This document shows positions 55,307 to 63,343 of a DNA stretch of 64,000 bases, in pieces. The notes under the pieces were generated by a model, which saw only the letters and a list, made by a program, of their open reading frames with translations, made no database searches and was not told where the DNA came from. Numbering within the stretch: position 1 is the first letter of the stretch; every line of letters starts with the position of its first letter. The DNA comes from an uncultured Eubacteriales bacterium (GTDB taxonomy: Bacteria > Bacillota > Clostridia > Oscillospirales > Acutalibacteraceae), in the NCBI GenBank assembly GCA_934457415.1, contig CAKSHM010000006.1, positions 109,623-173,622 of the forward strand, given 5' to 3'. The translations under genes were made by a program, and so were the position numbers.

Positions 55307-57100
55307 ATGTATTACTCTGCAGGAACTTACGAAGCATTTGCGCATCCCGAGAAGCCAAAGGATGTCGACAAAAAATCAGCCTATATCATAGGTACGGGAC
55401 TGGCGGGACTTACGGCCGCATTCTATCTTGTCCGCGACGGACAGATGAAAGGTGAGCATATCCACCTTCTTGAAAAACTTGAGCTTGCGGGCGGCAGCTG
55501 TGACGGACGCAAGGATATCACAAAAGGATTCTATATGCGCGGCGGCCGTGAAATGGACAATCATTTTGAGGTCATGTGGGATACATTCCGCGATGTTCCG
55601 TCTGTCGAAACACCGGGGGTATCGGTACTTGACGAATATTATTGGCTCAACAAGCATGATCCGAACTATTCTCTCTGCCGTGCTACGGTAAACCGCGGTG
55701 AGGATGCCCATACCGACAAAAAATTTGAACTTGACAAAGAATCGGCAACGGCGCTTTCAAGACTCTTCCTCACTCCTGAAAAGGATCTTGAGGACAAGAA
55801 GATCTCCGAGGTTCTCCCTGAAAGCTTCTGGAACACGAACTTCTGGCTATATTGGCAAACGATGTTTGCTTTCCAACGTTGGTCGAGCGCTCTGGAAATG
55901 AAGCGTTATCTCTGCAGATACGTTCATCATATTGACGGACTTCCGGACTTCAGCGCACTGCGTTTTACAAAATACAATCAGTATGAGAGCATGATTTTGC
56001 CGCTTGTAAAATATCTTGAAGCTCACGGTGTACGAATTGAATACGGTATGGATGTGAAGAATGTCATTATTAAGGACGAAAACGGCAGGAAAATCGCAAA
56101 GCAAATAGTATATGTAAAAGACGGCGAGGAGCAAACGATTGATCTGATTGAAGATGACCTCGTATTTATTACAAACGGCTGCTGTACCGACACATCATGC
56201 TACGGAGACCAGACTCATGCTCCCGATCTCTCAGGAGTCAAGAACGGTTTCGGCGAGTCGTGGGATATGTGGAAGGCTATCGCGGCACAGGCAAAAAACG
56301 GCGAATACGGCAATCCCGACAAATTCTGCGGTGATATTGACGCCACAAACTGGATGAGTGCCACCGTAGCAACTTCAAACGAAGAAATCATCAAATATAT
56401 AATGAACGTCTGCAAGCGCGACCCGCGCGCAGGAAAGGTAACGACAGGCGGTATTGTCACGGTAAAAGACAGCACAAAAAACTGGTATCTCTCATGGACA
56501 ATAAACCGCCAGCCTCAGTTTAAATCTCAGGATAAGAGCATGGTTCTCGTATGGCTGTACTCACTTAATACCGCCAAAGAGGGCAACTATGTAAAAAAGG
56601 CCATGCGTGACTGCACGGGCGAGGAGGTCTGCCGCGAATGGCTCTATCATATCGGCGTACCTACCGAAAAAATTGATATGCTTGCAAAGGATGCCTGCAA
56701 CACCACCACCTGTTACATGCCGTATATCAACGCATTCTTCCAGCCGAGAAAGGAATCCGACCGCCCGAAGGTAGTACCGGACGGGGCTGTAAACTTTGCT
56801 TTCATCGGTCAGTTTGCCGAGACACCCCGTGACACCATATTCACGACCGAGTATTCAATGCGTACGGGTATGGAATCGGTTTATACTCTGCTTGATATCG
56901 ACCGCGGTGTGCCGGAGGTATGGGGCAGTAAATATGATGTCCGCGAGCTTCTGCGCGCATGCTACTATGCAATAGACAAGAAGCCGATAACTGATATCAA
57001 ACTCTCTTTTAAGGAAAAAGAACTTCTAAAAGTTGTGATGAAAAAGGTTAAGGGAACAGATGTAGAGTTGCTTCTCAAAGAGAGCGGTCTTATAGAATGA
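55307..57100 (+). CDS. ohyA: Oleate hydratase (MCRA family FAD enzyme)
   Basis: MYYSAGTYEAFAHPEKP..AYIIGTGLAGLTAAFYLVRDG, GGREM motif, 597 aa. Confidence 0.9.
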   Translation: MYYSAGTYEAFAHPEKPKDVDKKSAYIIGTGLAGLTAAFYLVRDGQMKGEHIHLLEKLELAGGSCDGRKDITKGFYMRGGREMDNHFEVMWDTFRDVPSVETPGVSVLDEYYWLNKHDPNYSLCRATVNRGEDAHTDKKFELDKESATALSRLFLTPEKDLEDKKISEVLPESFWNTNFWLYWQTMFAFQRWSSALEMKRYLCRYVHHIDGLPDFSALRFTKYNQYESMILPLVKYLEAHGVRIEYGMDVKNVIIKDENGRKIAKQIVYVKDGEEQTIDLIEDDLVFITNGCCTDTSCYGDQTHAPDLSGVKNGFGESWDMWKAIAAQAKNGEYGNPDKFCGDIDATNWMSATVATSNEEIIKYIMNVCKRDPRAGKVTTGGIVTVKDSTKNWYLSWTINRQPQFKSQDKSMVLVWLYSLNTAKEGNYVKKAMRDCTGEEVCREWLYHIGVPTEKIDMLAKDACNTTTCYMPYINAFFQPRKESDRPKVVPDGAVNFAFIGQFAETPRDTIFTTEYSMRTGMESVYTLLDIDRGVPEVWGSKYDVRELLRACYYAIDKKPITDIKLSFKEKELLKVVMKKVKGTDVELLLKESGLIE

Positions 57101-57188
57101 TTTCTAATGCCGTTTGCCTTAAAAAAGAGGGCAAAGGAAAATATACTTGCTACTTCCAATTAAAATAATTTTTACGGCACAAAACCGC

Positions 57189-57220
57189 AGCCCCGCACCT
57201 TTTGAATGAGGTGCGGGGCT
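57189..57220. terminator. Bidirectional terminator between ohyA and the convergent GNAT gene
   Basis: agccccgcacc / ggtgcggggct stem. Confidence 0.8.
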
Positions 57221-57231
57221 ATTTGTGCGTT

Positions 57232-57783
57232 TCATTTCATGATCTTTTCAAAGCGGAACATTTCATCGGGGCCCTCATCGGGCGTTGCTTTTCCGTCTTC
57301 CTCCGGCGGATTCGGATACGGGTGCATGGCGGAGAAAAACTCAACGGCGTGAAAACCGCATTTGTTGATGTAAAAATGGATATTGCGCTTTTCAAAATAT
57401 GGCGTACAGGTCGCCCAGACCTTGGTTTCGGGGTGCAGAGCTTCCACGGCAAGCCAAGCGCCATAGCCGATGCCTTTGCTGTGTTCCTTCGGCGAAACGA
57501 AAAGAAGTTCCAGCTCGTTGTGATGTGTCTCTTTGTCGATTTTCAGCACCACACCGCCAACCTTTCTGCCATCATACAGAATTCGATATGCCTCGCTGTC
57601 GGGTGCATCAATGCTTTGCTCAATCGTCGCACGGGAAATGATTTCGCCGTCCTCCTCAAAATGATCGTCCCGCAGCCCGAATTCTTCAATCGCACCATAC
57701 TTGAAAGACTCCTGATTATCAATAATGAACTGCTCACGGTCATCCGCTTCCAGCGGGGCAAGGGTTACTTTTGCGTTCTTCAT
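57232..57783 (-). CDS. GNAT-family N-acetyltransferase
   Basis: MKNAKVTLAPLEADDREQFI... and VSPKEHSKGIGYGAW (acetyl-CoA binding region). ATG 57783 follows GGAGGT; the track start at 57846 lies in the structured leader. Confidence 0.8.
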   Translation of the reverse strand: MKNAKVTLAPLEADDREQFIIDNQESFKYGAIEEFGLRDDHFEEDGEIISRATIEQSIDAPDSEAYRILYDGRKVGGVVLKIDKETHHNELELLFVSPKEHSKGIGYGAWLAVEALHPETKVWATCTPYFEKRNIHFYINKCGFHAVEFFSAMHPYPNPPEEDGKATPDEGPDEMFRFEKIMK

Positions 57784-57795
57784 AATTACCTCCGA

Positions 57796-57967
57796 AAAAT
57801 AAAAATACCCGGTCATTACAAAGTAATAACCGAGCGCACTCGACACCTAATCCGGTATGCGGCCTGCAAGGCTTGCGCCTTACGATCCCCGAGCGTTACG
57901 ACGCTCTACCTCCGGTGACATAAATATGAATCAGCCGAGTCCCGGAATAACCGGGATCCGGCCGATT
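57796..57967 (-). promoter_or_regulatory. Unassigned structured leader: post-tRNA hairpin, multi-hairpin core, and an intrinsic terminator directly before the GNAT RBS
   Basis: Minus-strand elements in order: AATCGGCC..TCCCGG-TTAT-CCGGGA..GGCTGATT; GAGCG-TCGTAA-CGCTC; GTAAGGC-GCAA-GCCTTGC (GNRA loop); CGGTTATTAC-TTT-GTAATGACCGGG followed by TATTTTTATTTTT. Confidence 0.45.
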
Positions 57968-57970
57968 GTT

Positions 57971-58059
57971 TGGCGGAGAGGATGGGATTCGAACCCATGT
58001 GCGATTGCTCGCAAACTGATTTCGAGTCAGCCCCGTTATGACCACTTCGATACCTCTCC
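57971..58059 (-). tRNA. tRNA-Ser (anticodon CGA), CCA encoded
   Basis: GGAGAGG acceptor, anticodon loop CTCGAAA, long variable arm GCGA-GCAA-TCGC, T-arm ATGGG-TTCGAAT-CCCAT, and 3' end CCTCTCC-G-CCA. Confidence 0.95.
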
Positions 58060-58097
58060 GGATATTTGCCGCACAAATGAATTGTGCAGCAAAAAAC

Positions 58098-58126
58098 ATT
58101 ATAAATTATCCAATCTAAAAAGTCAA
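58098..58126 (-). promoter_or_regulatory. SigA-type promoter for tRNA-Ser
   Basis: Minus strand reads TTGACT (58126-58121), 17 nt, TATAAT (58103-58098). Confidence 0.6.
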
Positions 58127-58131
58127 GTGTT

Positions 58132-59511
58132 TTATCCGATAAAGCTTCCTATTGCGTCTATTAACATGCTGTTTCTTGTGGCGGAAATATTATTTAAGAA
58201 AATAACATCCTTAGCGCCTGTTTCGGCGGCGAGCTGAGGGAGCTTTCTTGCGTCGACATTTGCGATATATCTGTAATCCACGATATAAACCGTCTGATAA
58301 TTCTGCGTAAGGAACGGAACAAAAGCATTGCCGAAGGATTCCTTTACAACAATGCAGACCGAGCCGTCGTTTATCTGCGGATTTACAATATATCCGAACG
58401 GCTGATCTCCGCCTATAAATGAAAGATATTTGCTGCTCGTACCTAACTTGTTTCCGTCGGAAACTATTGACTTAGCCACTTCCGCTCCCTGAGCGGTTTT
58501 AGTCATAATCGTGTTAACCTGAGTGGGCTCATAGGCTACAACAGTATCGGGTGTTGCAGCAAGGCGCGGATTCTTGCCCGACTGAGCATAAAACGAGCCT
58601 AAAAAGCCTTCAAATCTTCTCTCATTAAAAGCGCTAAGCGGTGCGGGAGCAACGCCTTTTGTTTTCATAAGCTCACAATAAGTATAATAAGCGCCGAGCG
58701 CCGTCCAGTGGTGGTCGGTCCTGAAATACAGATACTCGTTTCTGTGAGCTCTCAAAGCAGAATAAGCGTCAACCTTTTTTATATTTTCATTCATAACCGA
58801 ATAAAAATAATTTATAGCCTCTTTCTGATTTGTTGAATTAACGGAGGCTATAACATCATCGGGAGCGACTATGCCGATCGCAGTAGGAGCGATAATATCA
58901 TAGACATTTGCAATACCCGAAAGGTCATTTGCCGCTTTATTTATATATGCGTTATATCTGTCCGCCAAGGACTGATTGAAGTTATAGTATTCATAAGCGG
59001 AATTATCTATAAGGAGAATAGCACCTAAGTTTTCGACAATTTGCGCCGGAGGAACAGGCGGTTCAGAAGAAGCTTGTTCTGAAGAAACCGGCTCGGAGGA
59101 CGAAGAATTATCCGACGAAGCCGTTTTGTCTTCCTTTTTTATATTTGGAACCTTATCGGATTTTTCCACCTTGCCGTGAATCTGAACATTGGATTTGCCG
59201 AAGGAGCCGTTTATAAATCCGTTGATTTTAACTAAAGTATCACGGGCAGGAAATGTATCCGAATACCAAAGGCTTAAATTATCGAACCATTTCCCCGAAA
59301 AGAATGAGGAAAAGGAAAATTCAGGAAATTTGGCAAGCTCTCTTTTTTCGGTTTCCGACCTTTTAGGCCTCAGCGACGGAACGGCGGCGATAACCGCTGC
59401 CGCAAACAGCGCAAGGAAAAAAATGCGGACAAGGTTAAAATCTATTGCCTGCCTGAATCTGAGTTTTTTAATCTCGAGCTTGTTTTCTTTGATTTTTTTA
59501 TCTGATGACAA
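58132..59511 (-). CDS. DHHW-family protein (AlgJ/AlgX/DltD-like SGNH acyl-transfer partner), N-terminal anchor, Ser-rich linker
   Basis: YFRTDHHWTALGAYY motif and low-complexity stretch SSDNSSSSEPVSSEQASSEPP. Confidence 0.8.
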   Translation of the reverse strand: MSSDKKIKENKLEIKKLRFRQAIDFNLVRIFFLALFAAAVIAAVPSLRPKRSETEKRELAKFPEFSFSSFFSGKWFDNLSLWYSDTFPARDTLVKINGFINGSFGKSNVQIHGKVEKSDKVPNIKKEDKTASSDNSSSSEPVSSEQASSEPPVPPAQIVENLGAILLIDNSAYEYYNFNQSLADRYNAYINKAANDLSGIANVYDIIAPTAIGIVAPDDVIASVNSTNQKEAINYFYSVMNENIKKVDAYSALRAHRNEYLYFRTDHHWTALGAYYTYCELMKTKGVAPAPLSAFNERRFEGFLGSFYAQSGKNPRLAATPDTVVAYEPTQVNTIMTKTAQGAEVAKSIVSDGNKLGTSSKYLSFIGGDQPFGYIVNPQINDGSVCIVVKESFGNAFVPFLTQNYQTVYIVDYRYIANVDARKLPQLAAETGAKDVIFLNNISATRNSMLIDAIGSFIG

Positions 59512-59531
59512 CAGTTTTACACCTCGCTTGA

Positions 59532-60983
59532 CTAAAACTGGAAATAAATAAACGGATTATAGGAATCCCCCGCAAGTGCCGCAACCGATATGAACAAAAG
59601 TCCCAAAGGCAAAAGAAGTCTTAAAATAAAATAAACGGTTTTAAGTGCGCCGTTGCCTATAGCTTTTTCGAATAAAACCGCATTTGTTTTTTTAAAAAGC
59701 GGTGTGCAGACAAGGACGGAGAATACAAGAATAAAGGCATACTGGCCGGCAATTGTAAGCGACTCAAAATCATACAGCTTATTTCCGAAAGCACCGAACA
59801 TTCCCTTTAAAACATTCAGCACCGCCGTGAGATTTCTGAATCTGAAAAGGATCCAGCCGAAGAATACCGCAAGCAAAAGATAGATATGGGCTATAACGCT
59901 GTTTTTTAAAAGCAGCTTTTGCAAGAACAGCTTTTCAATCATAATAAATACGAAGAAATAAAGTCCCCACAAAACATAATTCCATGAAGCACCGTGCCAA
60001 AGACCTGTTAAAAACCAAACGACAAAAAGATTTATCACGGTTTTTAAAGTTCCTTTTTTGCTGCCGCCGAGCGGAATATAGACATAATCCCTGAAAAACG
60101 AGCCTAAAGAAATATGCCATCTTCTCCAGAACTCCGAGACGCTCTTTGAAACATAAGGGTAATTAAAGTTTTCACGGTAATGAAATCCTATCATCTTACC
60201 CATTCCGATTGCCATATCCGAATAAGCGGAAAAATCGAGATAGATCTGAAGCCCGTAAGCAAAAATTCCGAGCCAAAGAGCCAATACACTTGTTTCTTTC
60301 CCTATTGCCGCCGCGGCTTTACCCGAAACATTTGAGGTTATAAGCGCCTCGCAGACGGCACTGCAGGCATTTGCGAGAACTGATTTTTTGGCAAGACCGT
60401 ATGTAAACCGCCGGATTCCCTCGGCGGTCTCAAGCTTTGAAACCCTTCTGCTTTCAATCTGTTTTGAAACATCTTTATATCTTACTATCGGACCCGCGAT
60501 GCATTGATGAAAAAGACTTACATAAAGCAAAAGCTTAAAGAAATCCTTTTGTGCCTCAACTTCTTTTCTGTAAACATCGATAACATAGGAAATAAGCTGA
60601 AAGGTATAAAATGAAATTCCTATAGGGAGAAGAATATTCGGGATAACTTTAGGAAAGCCCGTTAAAATTTTAAGGTTTGAAAGAATAAAAGAGCCGTATT
60701 TAAAGACCGCAAGCAAACCGAGATTTACAAAAAGCATTCCCGCAACCAAGAGCTTTGCTTTTACGGACCTTTCCTCCTGTTTTTCTATTCCTAAGGCAAA
60801 AAGGTAGTCCGCAAGTGTCATAAAGATAAGGAGCAGGACATAAACCGGTTCGCCGCAGGCATAGAATATAAGCGAAAAAATGAGCATTATTATATTTTTC
60901 GCTTTTATGCTTCCCGCAAAGCTGTAAGCGAGAAGATTAAGAGGAAGAAACAGAAAAATAAAAAGTAAACTCGAAAATACCAA
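59532..60983 (-). CDS. MBOAT-family membrane O-acyltransferase (AlgI/DltB-like)
   Basis: 483-aa polytopic protein with FWRRWHISLGSFFRDYVYIPLGG (the catalytic His region). Confidence 0.88.
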   Translation of the reverse strand: MVFSSLLFIFLFLPLNLLAYSFAGSIKAKNIIMLIFSLIFYACGEPVYVLLLIFMTLADYLFALGIEKQEERSVKAKLLVAGMLFVNLGLLAVFKYGSFILSNLKILTGFPKVIPNILLPIGISFYTFQLISYVIDVYRKEVEAQKDFFKLLLYVSLFHQCIAGPIVRYKDVSKQIESRRVSKLETAEGIRRFTYGLAKKSVLANACSAVCEALITSNVSGKAAAAIGKETSVLALWLGIFAYGLQIYLDFSAYSDMAIGMGKMIGFHYRENFNYPYVSKSVSEFWRRWHISLGSFFRDYVYIPLGGSKKGTLKTVINLFVVWFLTGLWHGASWNYVLWGLYFFVFIMIEKLFLQKLLLKNSVIAHIYLLLAVFFGWILFRFRNLTAVLNVLKGMFGAFGNKLYDFESLTIAGQYAFILVFSVLVCTPLFKKTNAVLFEKAIGNGALKTVYFILRLLLPLGLLFISVAALAGDSYNPFIYFQF

Positions 60984-61003
60984 TTAAAACACCTTTTTGC
61001 TTA

Positions 61004-61277
61004 GGTAAGCGATAATAAATCCAAACCCGTTTTTAGGCGGCGGATTTTTATGCATAGCCATGTTAAAATACTCGTTAATCCGACAGGATTAACTGCGTTT
61101 TTGCCTCGCTCTGCATAAAAATCTGCCAAGCATAAAAATCAGCGACCTAAAATGAGCTGATTTTCGAGCGGAGTTTTATGCGGAGGATGCAGTGAGGCTG
61201 TCGCCTCACAAAGACGACAAGTCAAAATAAGCCGAAAATACGCCATTTTAGGCGGGTTCGGATTATTATTGCTTGCC
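61004..61277. mobile_element. Repeat family 2, long copy: 274-bp TA-flanked element with ~35-bp imperfect terminal inverted repeats and nested hairpins
   Basis: Left end GGTAAGCGATAATAAATCCAAACCCG. Reverse complement of right end GGCAAGCAATAATAATCCGAACCCG. TA at 61002-61003 and 61278-61279. Internal stems at 61039-61058/61108-61127 (20 bp), 61074-61093, 61135-61164 and 61192-61209. Confidence 0.6.
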
Positions 61278-61279
61278 TA

Positions 61280-61306
61280 GTGTGACAGGACTCGAACCTG
61301 TCACGG
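61280..61306. repeat. Solo terminus of MITE family 1 (self-complementary tRNA T-arm-like hairpin), TA on both sides
   Basis: GTGTGACAGGACTCGAACCTGTCACGG matches the reverse complement of the right end of 5815-6086 over 26 nt. Followed by TA at 61307-61308. Confidence 0.7.
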
Positions 61307-61366
61307 TAGACAATACAATCAGGGCACAACACTTCTCACAGCTGAAAATTTGTCCGATTATATTGT

Positions 61367-62755
61367 CTATTTCATGAATTCATACATAGCCTTATAACAC
61401 ATAAATACATCAAATTTGGCTGTTGTTTCAAACGGAGCGTGCATTGAAAGGACGGGAACGCCCAAGTCAACAACATCAACGCCCATATCCGCAATATATT
61501 TAGCAACCGTTCCGCCGCCGCCTATATCTACCTTTCCGAGCTCGCCTATCTGCCATTTAATTTTAGCGTTATCAAGCATTGAGCGGATTTCGGCAACATA
61601 TTCAGCCGAAGCGTCATTCGTATCGCTCTTGCCTCTTGCTCCCGTATATTTAGTTACAACTACACCGTAATTTAAAAAAGAGGCATTGCGCTTTTCCATG
61701 ACATCCTGAAATGTCGGGTCGGTTGCGGCATTGACGTCAGCGGAAAGGCACTTTGAATTTCTGAGAGCTACCGTAGCATCCTTACCGAAGCAATGGCAGA
61801 TATCGCCTATTACATAGCGCAGGAAATCGGAATTAAGACCGGTATTGCCCTCTGAGCCTATCTCTTCCTTATCGGTTAAAATAGCAAGCGCAGTCCTTTC
61901 GGGGCTTTCAACCTCTAAAACAGCCGTTAAAGCAGGATACGCGCAGACCCTGTCATCCTGACCGTATGAGCCTATCATAGAGCGGTCAAATCCGATATCG
62001 CAGGATTTGAATGCAGGAACCATTTCAAGCTCGGCTGAAAGGAAGTCTTCTTCTGTAACACCGTATTTCTCATTTAAGATTTTAAGAATATTAAGCTTAA
62101 CAAGCTCGCTTCCCTCGTCATCTTTAAAAGGCATACTGCCTATAAGAACATTAAGCTCCTCGCCCCTTATTCCGTCAGACAAAGAGCGCTTGCACTGCTC
62201 GCTTGCAAGGTGCGGAAGCAGATCGTTTACGACAAATTTAGGATCATTTTCATCCTCGCCTATTTTAACCTCGGTTACAGTACCGTCTTTTTTGGCAAAA
62301 ACACCGTGAAGAGCGAGCGGAACGGTGGGCCACTGATACTTCTTTATTCCGCCGTAATAATGTGTTTTAAAAAGAGCAAGTTCTATCTCCTCATAAACGG
62401 GATTGGGTTTTAAATCAAGTCTCGGCGAATCTATATGCGCGGCGGTTATATTAAACCCGCTTTCGCAATCCTGCTTTCCGATAACGGCAAAGGCGACGGT
62501 TTTTCCTCTGTTATTAAAATAGACCTTATCGCCGGCACTGTATTTTTCATCTCTTGAAAAAGGCTTAAAGCCTTTTTCCTCTGCAAGCGCTACCGCCGCT
62601 TTAACAGCCTCTCTCTCTGTTTTTGCAGTATTTAAAAAACTTTTATACCCCTCGCAGTATTCAAAAATTCTTTCGTTTTCCTCGTATGTTGCAGACAGAA
62701 GACCGTTATCGCGCTTTAAAAAAAGCTTTTCCTTTAGTTCCTTGTAATCAGACAT
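61367..62755 (-). CDS. M18-family aminopeptidase
   Basis: 462 aa with AAHIDSPRLDLKP, GYGQDDR-like (SYGQDDRVCAY) and LSMHAP motifs. Confidence 0.85.
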   Translation of the reverse strand: MSDYKELKEKLFLKRDNGLLSATYEENERIFEYCEGYKSFLNTAKTEREAVKAAVALAEEKGFKPFSRDEKYSAGDKVYFNNRGKTVAFAVIGKQDCESGFNITAAHIDSPRLDLKPNPVYEEIELALFKTHYYGGIKKYQWPTVPLALHGVFAKKDGTVTEVKIGEDENDPKFVVNDLLPHLASEQCKRSLSDGIRGEELNVLIGSMPFKDDEGSELVKLNILKILNEKYGVTEEDFLSAELEMVPAFKSCDIGFDRSMIGSYGQDDRVCAYPALTAVLEVESPERTALAILTDKEEIGSEGNTGLNSDFLRYVIGDICHCFGKDATVALRNSKCLSADVNAATDPTFQDVMEKRNASFLNYGVVVTKYTGARGKSDTNDASAEYVAEIRSMLDNAKIKWQIGELGKVDIGGGGTVAKYIADMGVDVVDLGVPVLSMHAPFETTAKFDVFMCYKAMYEFMK

Positions 62756-62758
62756 AAT

Positions 62759-63343
62759 CTAAATCCCTTTCATATATGATTTTAAAATTTCTTCAGTCTC
62801 GGATAAAAAGCTTTCTATCCGAGAATTATTATAAATTATATTATCTGCATTTTTTATATAAAAATCATCCGTTTTTCCTGCGTTTAATCTTAAAACCGCC
62901 GCCTCTTTCGAGATGCCGTCTCTTTGCATTATTCTTTTAAGCCTTATTTCCTTATCTGAAAGCACCGCAAGGGTTTTATCGCATTCCTTATCAAGTCCGC
63001 TTTCAAAAAGCGTCGGTGCGTCAAGCAGGATATAATCGCCTTTCATTTTTTCTCTTATTATTAAGACTATGTAAGGCAGAAGAGTTTTATTTAAAAGCTT
63101 CGTATTTTCTTTTGTTGAAAAAGCGATTTTCGCAAGTTTTGCTCTGTCAAGCTCGGAATTTGAATTCAGTATTTCTTTTCCGAAAGCTTTTTTAAGCGCA
63201 TTTAAGCCGTCCGTTCCTTTTTTAACCGCTTCGCGCGCACATATATCGCAGTCAATAACCTTAAAGCCTAAATTTTCGGCAACGGATTTTATACTGCTTT
63301 TCCCCGCTCCGCTCGGACCTGTCAGACCTACCGTTAAACTCAT
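62759..63343 (-). CDS. coaE: Dephospho-CoA kinase
   Basis: VGLTGPSGAGKSS P-loop, 194 aa. Confidence 0.9.
   Translation of the reverse strand: MSLTVGLTGPSGAGKSSIKSVAENLGFKVIDCDICAREAVKKGTDGLNALKKAFGKEILNSNSELDRAKLAKIAFSTKENTKLLNKTLLPYIVLIIREKMKGDYILLDAPTLFESGLDKECDKTLAVLSDKEIRLKRIMQRDGISKEAAVLRLNAGKTDDFYIKNADNIIYNNSRIESFLSETEEILKSYMKGI

Noticed and set aside
61004-61277. The family-2 element was considered as a large structured ncRNA gene (GOLLD/ROOL/OLE-like) because of its nested stems next to a tRNA-like hairpin.
   Set aside because: It is much shorter than those RNAs. Its terminal pairing contains mismatches that would be G-U on opposite strands, which looks DNA-level rather than RNA-level. 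It is TA-flanked and has a terminus-only mini copy elsewhere. The possibility is kept open in the finding but it is not called as an RNA gene.
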